Shown: piece after piece, positions 19,091 to 30,455 of the stretch
Layout: each line of letters begins with the position of its first letter
How positions within the stretch are numbered: position 1 is the stretch's first letter
Assembly: GCA_049942765.1 (NCBI GenBank)
Contig: CP188086.1
Location: 420,001 to 452,000, forward strand
Direction: 5' to 3'
DNA from: Candidatus Saccharimonadota bacterium
Lineage (GTDB): Bacteria > Pseudomonadota > Gammaproteobacteria > Enterobacterales > Enterobacteriaceae
Length of the DNA: 32,000 nucleotides
Position numbers and translations under genes: made by a program
The notes under the pieces: model-generated
What the model saw: only the letters and a program-made list of their open reading frames with translations
Databases searched by the model: none
What the model was told of the DNA's origin: nothing

Positions 19091-21385
19091 ATGGACAAAA
19101 ATTTATTCGTTATTAAAAGGAATAATAAACCAGAAATACTTAATTTAGATAAAATTCACAAAGTATTAAATTGGGCAGCCAATGGACTTAATAACGTATC
19201 TGTATCACAAGTAGAACTAAAATCTAGAATCCAATTCTATAATGGTATTAGTACAATTAATATTCATGAAACAATTATTAAAGCAGCTGCTGATTTAATA
19301 TCTCATACGTCTCCTGATTATCAATATATGGCAGCTAGACTAGCAATTTTTCATCTAAGAAAAAAAGCTTTCAACCAATTTAAACCACCTACATTATATC
19401 AGCATGTTAAAAAAATGGTTAATATAGGAAAATATGACGAAAAATTACTTAACTACTATAACGAAGAAGAATTTAATATTATGAATTCTTTTGTAGATCA
19501 CTGTCGAGATATGAATTTCTCTTATGCTGCTGTTAAACAATTAGAAGGAAAATATTTAATACAAAATAGAATTACTGGAAAAATATATGAAAGTGCACAA
19601 TTTCTTTATATTCTAATTTCTGCTTGCTTGTTTTATCAATATCCAAAACATAATAGAATGTACTATGTTCAACAATTTTATAATGCTATTTCTACATTCA
19701 AAATTTCATTACCTACTCCTATTATGTCAGGTGTTCGTACTCCTACTAGACAATTTAGCTCCTGTGTATTAATTGAATGTTCCGATAGCCTAAATTCTAT
19801 CAATGCTACAACTAATACAATAATAAAATATGTATCTCAAAGAGCAGGTATTGGCATTAATGCAGGACAAATACGTGCATTAGGTAGTCCTATTAGAGGA
19901 GGAGAAGCATTTCATACAGGATGCATACCATTTTATAAATTATTTCAAAGTGCTGTTAAATCATGTTCACAAGGTGGAGTTAGAGGTGGAGCAGCAACTC
20001 TATTCTACCCTATTTGGCATTTAGAAATAGAAAGTTTATTAGTATTAAAAAATAATCGTGGAATAGAAGATAATAGAGTACGACATTTAGATTATACTGT
20101 TCAACTCAATAAACTCATGTATCAAAGAATGTTATTAGGAACATATATTACATTATTTAGTCCATCAGATGTATTAGATTTATACGAAGCTTTCTTTACC
20201 AATCAAATAAAATTTAATAAATTATATCATCAATATGAAAACAATCCTAAAATTAGACAAAAAAAAATTAAAGCTATCGATTTATTTTCATTAATGCTGC
20301 AAGAACGAACATCTACTGGTCGTATTTATATTCAAAATGTAGATCATTGCAATACACATAGTGCATTTAATCCAAATTTAGCACCAATTAAACAATCGAA
20401 TTTATGTTTGGAAGTTACATTACCAACTAAACCATTAAATGATATACACGACCCAAATGGAGAAATCGCTTTATGTACATTATCAGCTATTAATTTAGGT
20501 AGTATCAATAATTTACAAGATATAGCGGAATTATCTAATCTTATGGTACGAGCTCTAGATTCAGTTTTAGACTATCAAAAATATCCTATTTTAGCAGCTG
20601 AACAATCAGCTTTAAACCGTCGTTCTTTAGGTATTGGAGTAATAAATTTTGCTTACTATCTAGCAAAAAACAATGTAAAATACTCTGACGGCAGTGCTAA
20701 CCAATTAACACATCAAACTTTTGAAGCACTACAATATTATCTCTTACTGGCATCTTGTCAGCTAGCAAAAGAAAAGGGAAGGTGTTCATTATTCAATCAA
20801 ACTAATTATTATAAAGGTATATTGCCCATCGATACTTATAAAAAAGAAATTGATAATATATGCAATGAACCATTACATCTTGATTGGGAAATTTTAAGAG
20901 AAAAAATTAAAAAATATGGATTAAGAAATTCAACATTAACTGCTTTAATGCCTTCTGAAACATCTTCACAAATATCCAATGCTACTAATGGTATTGAACC
21001 TCCAAGAGGTTTTATTAGTATAAAATCATCTAAAGATGGAATCTTAAAACAAGTAGTTCCAGAATATATCACATTGAAAACAAAATATGAACTATTATGG
21101 GATTTACCTAATAATAATGGATATCTTGAACTAGTAGGTATTATGCAAAAATTTATTGATCAATCTATATCTGCTAATACTAATTATGACCCAAAAAAAT
21201 TTTTAAACAACAAAATTCCTATGAAACACTTAATTCAAGATTTATTAACTGCTTATAAACTAGGATTAAAAACACTTTATTATCAAAATACACGTGATGG
21301 AGCCAATGACACAGATTATTATTCTATGAATAATTCTAGTTTAATAACAGAAAACACTTGTAATAGTGGAGCATGTAATATATAA
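19091..21385 (+). CDS. nrdA: ribonucleoside-diphosphate reductase 1, alpha subunit
   Basis: 764-aa ORF collinear with E. coli NrdA. Conserved segments include KRNNKPEILNLDKIHKVLNWAA..., SLPTPIMSGVRTPTRQFSSCVLIE, SNLCLEV, and the C-terminal CNSGACNI versus CESGACKI. AGGA lies upstream of the ATG. Confidence 0.97.
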   Translation: MDKNLFVIKRNNKPEILNLDKIHKVLNWAANGLNNVSVSQVELKSRIQFYNGISTINIHETIIKAAADLISHTSPDYQYMAARLAIFHLRKKAFNQFKPPTLYQHVKKMVNIGKYDEKLLNYYNEEEFNIMNSFVDHCRDMNFSYAAVKQLEGKYLIQNRITGKIYESAQFLYILISACLFYQYPKHNRMYYVQQFYNAISTFKISLPTPIMSGVRTPTRQFSSCVLIECSDSLNSINATTNTIIKYVSQRAGIGINAGQIRALGSPIRGGEAFHTGCIPFYKLFQSAVKSCSQGGVRGGAATLFYPIWHLEIESLLVLKNNRGIEDNRVRHLDYTVQLNKLMYQRMLLGTYITLFSPSDVLDLYEAFFTNQIKFNKLYHQYENNPKIRQKKIKAIDLFSLMLQERTSTGRIYIQNVDHCNTHSAFNPNLAPIKQSNLCLEVTLPTKPLNDIHDPNGEIALCTLSAINLGSINNLQDIAELSNLMVRALDSVLDYQKYPILAAEQSALNRRSLGIGVINFAYYLAKNNVKYSDGSANQLTHQTFEALQYYLLLASCQLAKEKGRCSLFNQTNYYKGILPIDTYKKEIDNICNEPLHLDWEILREKIKKYGLRNSTLTALMPSETSSQISNATNGIEPPRGFISIKSSKDGILKQVVPEYITLKTKYELLWDLPNNNGYLELVGIMQKFIDQSISANTNYDPKKFLNNKIPMKHLIQDLLTAYKLGLKTLYYQNTRDGANDTDYYSMNNSSLITENTCNSGACNI

Positions 21386-21458
21386 ATATATTACTTTTTA
21401 TAATTAAAAATTCTTCCTTTTGATATATTTTATACAAAAATTTATTAGGATAATAACA

Positions 21459-22589
21459 ATGGCATACAGCACCTTTTCAAAATATAAAAATAATCAATTA
21501 ATAGAACCTATGTTTTTTGGTCAATCAGTCAATATAACTAGATTTGATCAACAAAAATACTTAATTTTTGAACAATTAATTGAAAAACAACTATCGTTTT
21601 TTTGGAGACCTGAAGAAATAGATCTATCTAAAGATAGAATCGATTTTAAAAAATTACCAAAACATGAAAAACATATTTTTTTAAGTAATTTAAAATATCA
21701 AACATTGTTAGATTCTATACAAGGTAGAAGCCCAAGCATCGCACTATTACCAATCATATCTATCCCAGAATTAGAAACATGGGTAGAAACATGGTCTTTT
21801 TCAGAAACTATACACTCAAGATCATATACACACATCATTAGAAATATCATCAATCAACCATCATTAATATTTGATGATATTATTAATAATAAATCTATTA
21901 ATAATAGAGCACAGGATATTTCAAAATATTATGATAATTTAATTGAAATGGTAAGTTACTGGCACTTGTTAGGAGAAGGTAAACATCATATTAATCAAAA
22001 AAAAATCAATATAACATTGAACAATCTTAAAAAAAAACTATATTTATGTTTAATTAGTGTTAATGCATTAGAAGCTATTCGATTTTATGTAAGTTTTGCA
22101 TGTTCTTTTGCCTTTGCCGAAAGACAATTAATGGAAGGTAATGCAAAAATTATCAAATTAATTGCACGTGATGAATCATTACATTTAACAGGTACTCAAC
22201 ATATAATTAATATTTTAAAAAATCCAAATAATAACGAAAACATGTCTAATATAGCGAATTCACTAACACTAGAATCAACTAATTTATTTATGACCGTAGC
22301 TGAACAAGAAAAAACATGGGCTCAATACTTGTTTAAACATGGATCTATACTAGGATTAAACGAAGAAATAATTGTTCAATACATTGAATATATTACTAAT
22401 ATAAGAATGAAAGCCATAGGTCTTAAACCCATATTTGTTCACAGATCCAATCCTATCCCATGGATTAATCATTGGTTAACATCAGATACAATCCAAGTTG
22501 CACCTCAAGAAACAGAAATAACTTCCTATTTAGTAGGACAAATTGATTCTTCCCTTAATCATGAAGACTTTGAAAAATTTGAATTATAA
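21459..22589 (+). CDS. nrdB: ribonucleoside-diphosphate reductase 1, beta subunit
   Basis: The track ORF starts at 21420. I start at ATG 21459, because [22 protein letters not shown] aligns with E. coli NrdB [22 protein letters not shown] and AGGA lies at 21447-21450. The iron ligand and radical regions ([33 protein letters not shown]) are conserved. Confidence 0.96.
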   Translation: MAYSTFSKYKNNQLIEPMFFGQSVNITRFDQQKYLIFEQLIEKQLSFFWRPEEIDLSKDRIDFKKLPKHEKHIFLSNLKYQTLLDSIQGRSPSIALLPIISIPELETWVETWSFSETIHSRSYTHIIRNIINQPSLIFDDIINNKSINNRAQDISKYYDNLIEMVSYWHLLGEGKHHINQKKINITLNNLKKKLYLCLISVNALEAIRFYVSFACSFAFAERQLMEGNAKIIKLIARDESLHLTGTQHIINILKNPNNNENMSNIANSLTLESTNLFMTVAEQEKTWAQYLFKHGSILGLNEEIIVQYIEYITNIRMKAIGLKPIFVHRSNPIPWINHWLTSDTIQVAPQETEITSYLVGQIDSSLNHEDFEKFEL

Positions 22590-22854
22590 TAAAACATACT
22601 CTATACAAATTATAGGATACAAAAAAACAATAATTACTCACTATAATAATCAAGATGCATTACAAATAATATTAGAAAATAACAAAATTACAATCAACTC
22701 TCAATGTCGATATGGTTATTGTGGATCATGTCGAATACAACTTATCTATGGAAGCGTAGTTTATCTACATACAATGCCAATAGCATATGCTCACCCAAAA
22801 GAAATTTTTCCATGTTGTTGCTACATAACGAGTGATGTTACTTTATTAGTTTAA
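22561..22854 (+). CDS. yfaE: 2Fe-2S ferredoxin YfaE (NrdB cofactor maintenance)
   Basis: [13 protein letters not shown]...EIFPCCCY matches E. coli YfaE CREGYCGSCRTRL...EILPCCCR, and the position after nrdB is conserved. The start is uncertain. ATG 22561 overlaps nrdB by 29 nt, and in-frame TTGs at 22570 and 22579 are alternatives. Alignment to the 84-aa E. coli protein would put the start near 22597, where there is no canonical start codon. Confidence 0.8.
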   Translation: MKTLKNLNYNKTYSIQIIGYKKTIITHYNNQDALQIILENNKITINSQCRYGYCGSCRIQLIYGSVVYLHTMPIAYAHPKEIFPCCCYITSDVTLLV

Positions 22855-22954
22855 ATATATTAAATAGTGAATACAATTTTTTTTAACATAATAAATAATT
22901 TTAAAAAAAATATTAAATAACAAAAAATCTATAAAACATTTAATCAATGTTCAA

Positions 22955-25093
22955 TCAATTAGCTTGTATCACTGTTGCTGCAATTGTATAGATTATATCT
23001 TCTACTGAAGCACCTCTAGATAAATCATTAATTGGTTTGTACATACCTTGCAAAATAGGTCCTACACAAGAAATATTCGATTCACGTTGTACAGCCTTAT
23101 AAATCGCATTACCAGAGTTAAGATCAGGGAAAATAAAAACAGTTGCCTGTCCATCAATTTCAGAAGTAGGAGCTTTTAACCGAGATACATCCACCATCAT
23201 AGCAGCATCATACTGTAATGGACCATCTATTATCAACTCCGGTCGTTTTTTTTTCACAATGATAGAAGCTTGTCTAACCTTATCTACCATAGGACCAGCA
23301 CCAGAACTACCTGTTGAATATGAAATCATAGCAATTTTTGGTTCAATACCAAATAAAATTGCTGATTCTGCTGATTGAATAGCTATTTGAGATAATTGAT
23401 CACAGTTAGGATCAATATTTATAGCACAATCAGCATACACACATACTCTATTAGGAAATAACATAAAAAAAGCAGAAGATACTAACGAATAATCTCTGTC
23501 AGTTTTAATCAATTGTAAACTAGGTCGAATACATTCAGCCGTAGTTGTAATTACACCTGCAACTAAACCATGTACATCACCTTTTTCTAACATCAAAGTG
23601 CCTAAAACAATATTATTCTTAATTTCTTTTATAGCTGATACATAATTCATTCCTTTATGTTTTCTCAATTCTACCAAACGATTAATATAATTTTTTCTAA
23701 TATCATCAGGTTGAATTATATGAATATTATCTCCTAACTTAATATCATGTTGTAATGCTATTTTAAAAATTCTATTAGAATTACCTAATAGAATACAATC
23801 AGCTATATTATGAACACCACAAAAAACTGCCGCTTTAATTATTCTAATATCCTCTCCTTCTGGTAGAACAATCTTTCTACATATCGATTGTTGAGCACTA
23901 TAACGTAACTGATATTTGAAATCTATGGGTAACACATTATTTTTTTTATATGTCATCCATTGTAATGAATGAATCCAAGTAGTATCAAAACATGGTACAA
24001 CCATACTATTTAAATACTTTAAAATATCTAAATTAATTTTAATATTTTTAATATGAATTCGCCGTAAACATGTTAAAACAAAAAAAATAGATTTATCTGT
24101 AACAATACTATTACAATCAATTAATATTAATTTCTTTAAAAAATTATGTTGTGTTAATGAACATAAATCTGTATTAGTTACAATCAACATGCTAATTTTA
24201 TTCATTAACTCTTCAATTTTAAATGTACTAAACAATAATTGTATTCGATTAAATGGTATTATTAAAAATACACCTGTATATAATTTCTTTAAAATTTCTA
24301 TACAACTTATCTGATCAAAAAATATAACAGATCTGATGTTACTCACTTCTCTCTTGCAAGTATGCATTAACTGCATATTAAAAATATTACAATGGTTTAT
24401 TATATATGAAACTGGAATATACAATAAATCAATTATAAGAGGAACTATAGCTACAACATGTAATCCACTACCATTCATAAACCATGATATATCATTTTGA
24501 TGATATTTACATTGATAATATTGATTTAATAAATCTAAATTTAAACAATCTTGTTTATCTAATATATTTTTATTAAATTTATTTAAAATAACTCCTGAAA
24601 AATTTAATATTTTATTGATTCCATAAATCCTTTTAATAACATTAATTTTTTTTCTTAAAGAACAATATTTATAATTATTTAATGAAATAACTAACAAAAT
24701 TTCAGCTTTAATGTTATTAGCAATATCATAATTTATTTTCTTACACAAATCATTATCAAAATCATTTTTTAATCCAGTAACTAATATAATATCAGATACA
24801 TCCAATTTACTTTTATATATTTCAAATACATAATCCATGACCGAATTATAATTTTCAACAATTAAATCAATATCTATGTTATATTGAACATATCTAACAT
24901 TATTTAATTTATTTAACTTGATTAATTCAAGTACATTATCAACATAACCATCATTAATCATAAAGTTAGTTAACAATTGTAAAATTGTAACTCTACGATT
25001 ATTCTGGGCTAGAGATTGTATCAAACCTAAAACAACAACTTGAAACCCAATTTGATTCCCTACAGGTAATAACATAATTGTACGTACAGACAC
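22955..25093 (-). CDS. pta: phosphate acetyltransferase
   Basis: 712-aa ORF (E. coli Pta is 714 aa). The start is GTG (25091-25093), and (M)SVRTIMLLPVGNQIGF aligns with E. coli MSRIIMLIPTGTSVGL. The C-terminal catalytic domain is strongly conserved (IVLPEGEDIRIIKAA..., GLVAGVITTTAECIRPSLQLIKT, VFIFPDLNSGNAIYKAVQR). The N-terminal and middle regulatory region is much more diverged by eye. It lies directly downstream of ackA, as in E. coli. Confidence 0.95.
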   Translation of the reverse strand: MSVRTIMLLPVGNQIGFQVVVLGLIQSLAQNNRRVTILQLLTNFMINDGYVDNVLELIKLNKLNNVRYVQYNIDIDLIVENYNSVMDYVFEIYKSKLDVSDIILVTGLKNDFDNDLCKKINYDIANNIKAEILLVISLNNYKYCSLRKKINVIKRIYGINKILNFSGVILNKFNKNILDKQDCLNLDLLNQYYQCKYHQNDISWFMNGSGLHVVAIVPLIIDLLYIPVSYIINHCNIFNMQLMHTCKREVSNIRSVIFFDQISCIEILKKLYTGVFLIIPFNRIQLLFSTFKIEELMNKISMLIVTNTDLCSLTQHNFLKKLILIDCNSIVTDKSIFFVLTCLRRIHIKNIKINLDILKYLNSMVVPCFDTTWIHSLQWMTYKKNNVLPIDFKYQLRYSAQQSICRKIVLPEGEDIRIIKAAVFCGVHNIADCILLGNSNRIFKIALQHDIKLGDNIHIIQPDDIRKNYINRLVELRKHKGMNYVSAIKEIKNNIVLGTLMLEKGDVHGLVAGVITTTAECIRPSLQLIKTDRDYSLVSSAFFMLFPNRVCVYADCAINIDPNCDQLSQIAIQSAESAILFGIEPKIAMISYSTGSSGAGPMVDKVRQASIIVKKKRPELIIDGPLQYDAAMMVDVSRLKAPTSEIDGQATVFIFPDLNSGNAIYKAVQRESNISCVGPILQGMYKPINDLSRGASVEDIIYTIAATVIQAN

Positions 25094-25133
25094 GTTAATA
25101 TTCTCTCTTAAATTAAATTATCTAATAAATATA

Positions 25134-26348
25134 TTAATTGTTATTAATACACTTTATCACCTCTTGTGCGATAAATAACTCTTCATTTGTAGGAATAACT
25201 AAAATAGGAATACTATTCCTATCATTAATAAAATTATAATTTTTATTTATTAAGGATATATTTTTACTATTATCAATAGTTATTTGACCAAACAATGAAA
25301 TACTATCTAAACTCAACTGTCTTACTAAAGATGAATGTTCACCAATGCCACCTGTAAAAATAATAGCATCTAATCTACCTTTCATTAAAGAAAAATATGA
25401 AGAAATGTATTTTTTTATACGATAACAAAAAACTTGTATTGCCTGTTGAGCTTGTATATTTACATCAAATTGAGCTTCAACATTACGAAAATCACTACTA
25501 ATTCCACTTAATCCTAATAATCCAGATTTAGATATTAAAATATGATTAATATCTTTCATCGACATTTTTAATGTTTCATGTAAGAAAAAAATAATAGAAG
25601 GATCAATATCCCCACTACGAGAACCCATTACTAAACCTTCTAATGGACTTAAACCCATAGATGTGTCTATACAAACTCCATTATAAATAGCTGAAATAGA
25701 AGCTCCATTACCTAAATGACAACTAATAATATTTAACTGTTGAATCGATTTTTTTAGAATACCTGATGTAACAGTCATAATATAATTATGACTAATACCA
25801 TGTGCACCATATCGTCTAATACCATATTTAGTATATAAATAATATGGAATAGCATACAAATATGCTTCTTTTGGTAATTTACCATAAAAAGATGTATCAA
25901 ATACTGCGACATTTTTTTTAGATAATTGAGGAAACATTTTTAATGATAACTCAATAGACATTATATTAACAGGGTTATGAATAGGAGAAAAAATAATTGC
26001 TCGTTTAATTTCTTTAATAACCGAAATATCAATTATTGTACTACGTTTTAATTCAACACCACCATGAACTACTCGATGTCCTATTCCAATAATATAATTA
26101 AAAATATTTTTTTCACAATCTAAAATTTCTTTTTTGATAAATTTAAATGCATCAAAATGTGTAACTTTATCACCTATAATTTTTTGATAACAATTATTAT
26201 TTATATACCATTTAATTCTAGATTGTCTTAAATACAAACATTCAACTATCCCAGATAAATACTCTGTATTGTTATCAATATTTTGAATAGAAAACTTTAA
26301 AGAAGAACTTCCACAATTTAACACTAACACTAATTTTTTAAATTTCAT
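25134..26348 (-). CDS. ackA: acetate kinase
   Basis: 404-aa ORF. LVLNCGSSSLKF at the N-terminus, HRVVHGG, and GGIGEHS near the C-terminus are acetate kinase signatures. The ackA-pta tandem is conserved. Confidence 0.96.
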   Translation of the reverse strand: MKFKKLVLVLNCGSSSLKFSIQNIDNNTEYLSGIVECLYLRQSRIKWYINNNCYQKIIGDKVTHFDAFKFIKKEILDCEKNIFNYIIGIGHRVVHGGVELKRSTIIDISVIKEIKRAIIFSPIHNPVNIMSIELSLKMFPQLSKKNVAVFDTSFYGKLPKEAYLYAIPYYLYTKYGIRRYGAHGISHNYIMTVTSGILKKSIQQLNIISCHLGNGASISAIYNGVCIDTSMGLSPLEGLVMGSRSGDIDPSIIFFLHETLKMSMKDINHILISKSGLLGLSGISSDFRNVEAQFDVNIQAQQAIQVFCYRIKKYISSYFSLMKGRLDAIIFTGGIGEHSSLVRQLSLDSISLFGQITIDNSKNISLINKNYNFINDRNSIPILVIPTNEELFIAQEVIKCINNN

Positions 26349-26621
26349 ATTTTGTTATTAATAGTAAGATTTTTGTTATTTATATGATATAATTACTTTG
26401 TCTATTAAAAATCACTCATGTAATTAAGAAAAATAACAATTAGTATATAGATACTATCATAATATATATACTATACTAAAAAAATAACTTATTTATTACA
26501 TTAAAATAATCAATCAATAAAAAAAATAATATATTTATATAATCTATAATATTTTATAAAGTCACAAAACATTCTAAACCACATTAATAAAAACAAAATT
26601 CAATTTATTTAAAGTAATAAC

Positions 26622-27455
26622 ATGAACTTACAAAATTATATTATAAACATACTAGGTGTTAAACCTAACATAAATGTAAAAAAAGAAATTAAAAATTGTA
26701 TACAATTTATACAATCATACTTAAATAATAACAAAAACATAAAAACTATTATAGTAGGCATTAGTGGAGGACAAGACTCTACACTAACTGGTAAACTATG
26801 TCAAATAGCAATTGAAAAAATCAGAAAAAAAACTACAGACAAATCATATCAACTAATTGCTATAAGAATGCCTTATGGCATACAACATGATGAAGAAGAT
26901 TGTCAATCAGCTTTACAATATATCAATCCTCATTGTACATATACAATTAATATTAAAAAAGCAGTATTAAGTACTGAACTATCTTTAAAAAAATCAGGTA
27001 TTATTATTTCAGATTATACTAGAGGTAATATAAAAGCTAGAGAAAGAATGAAAATACAATATAGTATTGCCTCCACATATCAAGGTATTGTAATAGGAAC
27101 TGGTCATGCATCAGAATATGTAACAGGATTTTTTACAAAGTTTGGAGATGGAGCATCAGATCTAAATCCAATAGCTCATTTTAACAAAAGACAAGGGAGA
27201 GAGCTATTAAAAGCACTTAAATGTCCACCACATTTATATCTTAAAGACCCAACACCTGATCTAGAAGATGAAAACCCAAATCAAAAAGATGAAGACATAC
27301 TAAAAATAACTTATAATGATATTGATTCCTATTTAGAAGGAAAAAAGATAAACAAACATAGCAAAAAAAAAATAGAATGGTGGTATAAAAAAACCCAACA
27401 TAAACGATTACCAGCAATAAATATAATCAATAAATCACTTGTTATATTAAAATAA
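26622..27455 (+). CDS. nadE: NH3-dependent NAD+ synthetase
   Basis: 277-aa ORF (E. coli NadE is 275 aa) with the PP-loop [10 protein letters not shown] and the conserved [14 protein letters not shown] segment. Confidence 0.95.
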   Translation: MNLQNYIINILGVKPNINVKKEIKNCIQFIQSYLNNNKNIKTIIVGISGGQDSTLTGKLCQIAIEKIRKKTTDKSYQLIAIRMPYGIQHDEEDCQSALQYINPHCTYTINIKKAVLSTELSLKKSGIIISDYTRGNIKARERMKIQYSIASTYQGIVIGTGHASEYVTGFFTKFGDGASDLNPIAHFNKRQGRELLKALKCPPHLYLKDPTPDLEDENPNQKDEDILKITYNDIDSYLEGKKINKHSKKKIEWWYKKTQHKRLPAINIINKSLVILK

Positions 27456-27564
27456 AAAATATTTAATTAAGGTTAACGACTATCATATATAAACAATATT
27501 GTATTTCATAAAATATTCAATATCATGGATATATCATCTAATATAAATAAAACCAATTAAATAT

Positions 27565-28374
27565 TTAATGTAATACTAATTTTCTTTGTTCAATAGCATG
27601 TATTTGTACTTTAATAATTTCACTAATAGGATCTTCAGGACAATGTTCTACAAAATAAATTAAATCTGTTAATGCAATGTGATCACAATCTAATTGCGCA
27701 TATATTAAACCTCTATCTCTAATTTCATAAGGATCATTAGGATAAATTTCCAATAAAACATTAGATACTTGCAAAGCCAATTCCATTTTTTTTTCTTCCA
27801 TTAATGCCGATTTCAAAGTATCTAACATCTTTTTAATTACTTTTGAAGATTTAGCTTTATCCAAATCATTAGAATATAATTCTGCTGTAGGACTAATATT
27901 ACCTTTTAACCATACTCTTAAAGTATGTTTATCTAATATTTCTCCATTAAACGGATTAATTAAAGACATTTGATCATCTACACCATCAAACCTTAAAATT
28001 AATTGAGTAGGAAAAATTACTGGAGCTAATGGAAGATGTAATCGTTGTGCAATATATAATAAAATAATACCTAAAGACACTGCAGTACCCTTTCCAGTTT
28101 TTAATACATTGTCAATCCATAAAACTTCAGATAATTCATATATACCACTAGCTGCACCAAAATTCCAACGAACATAAAATAATTCAAATAACTTATTTAA
28201 TCGATAATCTAATTTATCTTCTTTAATAACATATTCTCTAGCTTCCTTAATTCTAGATTCCAATTCCATTAAAACATAATCTTTAGAAAAATCTTTTTTA
28301 ATTTTTGAAAAAACTGCTATAACAGATTCGAATAACGAATTTTTTAATCCATCAATATTAGACAAAAATGTCAT
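27565..28374 (-). CDS. sirB1: SirB1/YchA family protein (transglutaminase-like/TPR domain)
   Basis: Long collinear matches to E. coli SirB1 include GTAVSLGIILLYIAQRLHLPLAPVIFPTQLILR, WLKGNISPTAEL, and NDPYEIRDRGLIYAQLDCDHIALTDLIYFVEHCPEDPISE. The track ORF starts at TTG 28410. ATG 28372-28374 gives 269 aa (the same length as E. coli) and has AAGGT upstream. ATG 28404 is an alternative. Confidence 0.88.
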   Translation of the reverse strand: MTFLSNIDGLKNSLFESVIAVFSKIKKDFSKDYVLMELESRIKEAREYVIKEDKLDYRLNKLFELFYVRWNFGAASGIYELSEVLWIDNVLKTGKGTAVSLGIILLYIAQRLHLPLAPVIFPTQLILRFDGVDDQMSLINPFNGEILDKHTLRVWLKGNISPTAELYSNDLDKAKSSKVIKKMLDTLKSALMEEKKMELALQVSNVLLEIYPNDPYEIRDRGLIYAQLDCDHIALTDLIYFVEHCPEDPISEIIKVQIHAIEQRKLVLH

Positions 28375-28536
28375 CTTATTACCTTTAAAAATATTTTTAA
28401 TCATTAACAAAAATATACTTTGATATAATTTTATAAACTTATAATTATATTTTATATTTAAAAATATTAATCCTAATCATTCCACTTCAATAAGAAATAT
28501 ATTTTTATTTTTATACGATATACATATACATAATTA

Positions 28537-29370
28537 CTATCTTTTTTGTCCTATAGTAATGCGATCATTATTACCGTAGTCTTGATAAGTTATAATATTT
28601 ACATAATTAAACTGTTCAAAAAAACTTTTTACCATACACGCTTGATTATATCCATGCTCTAACAACAACCAACCTTGTGGATTTAAATACTGAATAGAAT
28701 TCTTAATAATATATTTAATATCACCAAATCCATTATTGTAAGATACTAACGATGTAATTGGTTCATATTTTAGTTCTTCTCTTATTAATAAAAATTCATT
28801 TAAACTAATATATGGTGGATTACTTACGATGATGTCAAACATCATCATGTATAAAGAAGAAAACCAATTACTAACATAAAAATCTACATTAGAAATATTT
28901 AATTTTTTTGCATTATATTGAGATACCGATATAATTTCACGTTTATAATCTACACCTACTACATGACAATCTGGTTTAGTCTTAGCAATAGATAAAGAAA
29001 TAGAACCAGATCCACTACCTAAATCTAATATCCTATTATAATTAAATTTATCTAAAATAGATAGACAAACTTCTATTAAAAGCTCAGTATCTTTACGTGG
29101 AATAAATGTATCTTTCGAAACAGACAATAAAAGCGTCCAAAATTCTTGATTTTTTAATATATATGCTAATGGTTCACCTCTTGATCGACGCAATAAAAAA
29201 GATTCTAATGTATTAATTTGATCTATAGACAAACAAAAATCATCATACATAGATATCCAAATTTTATCCTTTTTTATTACAAAACTTAATAAAATTTCTA
29301 AATCAAATTTACAATTATTAATATGAGATAATTTCTTACTTGATTGTTTAATCCAATCACAAATTTTCAT
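28537..29370 (-). CDS. prmC: release factor glutamine N5-methyltransferase
   Basis: 277-aa ORF with the SAM motif [11 protein letters not shown] and the catalytic NPPY (VSNPPYI). Its ATG overlaps the prfA TGA in an ATGA overlap (29367-29370). The prfA-prmC order is conserved. Confidence 0.94.
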   Translation of the reverse strand: MKICDWIKQSSKKLSHINNCKFDLEILLSFVIKKDKIWISMYDDFCLSIDQINTLESFLLRRSRGEPLAYILKNQEFWTLLLSVSKDTFIPRKDTELLIEVCLSILDKFNYNRILDLGSGSGSISLSIAKTKPDCHVVGVDYKREIISVSQYNAKKLNISNVDFYVSNWFSSLYMMMFDIIVSNPPYISLNEFLLIREELKYEPITSLVSYNNGFGDIKYIIKNSIQYLNPQGWLLLEHGYNQACMVKSFFEQFNYVNIITYQDYGNNDRITIGQKR

Positions 29371-30455
29371 ATTTTATTATCATCGGAAAAAGAAGCTAAT
29401 TGATCTGCCTGATATTCTTGCATAATTGGTTCAATTAATACATCCAAATGTCCCAACAAAACATCACTTAATGAATATACAGTTAAATTAATTCTATGAT
29501 CAGTTACTCGATTTTGAGGAAAATTATATGTTCTATTTTTATCCGATCTATTACCAGTACCTAATAAATTTCTCCTTATCGTTGATTCTTTTTCATTACG
29601 TTTTATTATTTCAGCAGCATATATTCTAGAAGATAAAACAGATAATGCTTTAGCTTTATTTTTATGTTGGGATCGCTCATCCTGACATTCTACTACCAAA
29701 CCAGTCGGAATATGAGTTATTCTAATTGCTGAATCTGTAGTATTAACATGTTGTCCACCAGCACCAGAAGAACGAAAAGTATCAATTTTTAAATCATGAG
29801 GATTAATGATTATTTTTTGAGATTCAGGTAAAACAGGCATAATTGCTACAGTACAAGTAGATGTATGAACTCTACCTTGTGATTCTGTTTGAGGTACACG
29901 TTGAACACGATGTCCTCCAGACTCAAATTTTAATCTACCACAAGCATTATTACCTTTAATTTTTAAAATAATTTCTTTATAACCTCCCTTATCACCAATG
30001 CTTTTATTCATAACTTCTATTTTCCAATGATAATTTTCAGCGTAATGAACATACATTTTAAACAAATCACCTGCAAAAATAGCTGCTTCATCACCTCCAG
30101 TTGCAGCACGAATCTCTATAAAACAACTCAGTTTATCGTCAGGATCTTCAGGTAATAATAATTTTTTTAAATTCTGTTCTAATTTTTCTTTTTGATCTAA
30201 TGATAAGATCAATTCTTCTCGAGCAAGCTCACTAATATCATCATCAAGAGCTAGGGACCTATAAGTATCTATATCATATATTATTTGTTTCCATGATAGA
30301 AAACAATTCACTACCCCTCTAAGCTTTAAATATTCATAATTTAATAATTTAAATTTTTCTTGATTATTAATCACTTGTGGATCAGATAACATTTGTTCTA
30401 ATTCTGAATACCTTGTACTTACATTTTCTAATTTTAAGATAATAGAATCTTTCAT
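29367..30455 (-). CDS. prfA: peptide chain release factor 1
   Basis: 362-aa ORF with the GGQ motif ([14 protein letters not shown]) and the RF1-type PxT recognition tripeptide at residues 188-190 (PQT; E. coli has PAT), in the context [17 protein letters not shown]. Confidence 0.96.
   Translation of the reverse strand: MKDSIILKLENVSTRYSELEQMLSDPQVINNQEKFKLLNYEYLKLRGVVNCFLSWKQIIYDIDTYRSLALDDDISELAREELILSLDQKEKLEQNLKKLLLPEDPDDKLSCFIEIRAATGGDEAAIFAGDLFKMYVHYAENYHWKIEVMNKSIGDKGGYKEIILKIKGNNACGRLKFESGGHRVQRVPQTESQGRVHTSTCTVAIMPVLPESQKIIINPHDLKIDTFRSSGAGGQHVNTTDSAIRITHIPTGLVVECQDERSQHKNKAKALSVLSSRIYAAEIIKRNEKESTIRRNLLGTGNRSDKNRTYNFPQNRVTDHRINLTVYSLSDVLLGHLDVLIEPIMQEYQADQLASFSDDNKI

Noticed and set aside
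20836-21072. 78-aa ORF antisense to nrdA
   Set aside because: It is a shadow ORF inside a highly conserved gene.
29886-29894. RF1 stop-codon recognition tripeptide reads PQT instead of E. coli PAT
   Set aside because: The motif is defined as P-x-T with a variable middle residue. The Pro and Thr are intact, so no altered decoding is implied.
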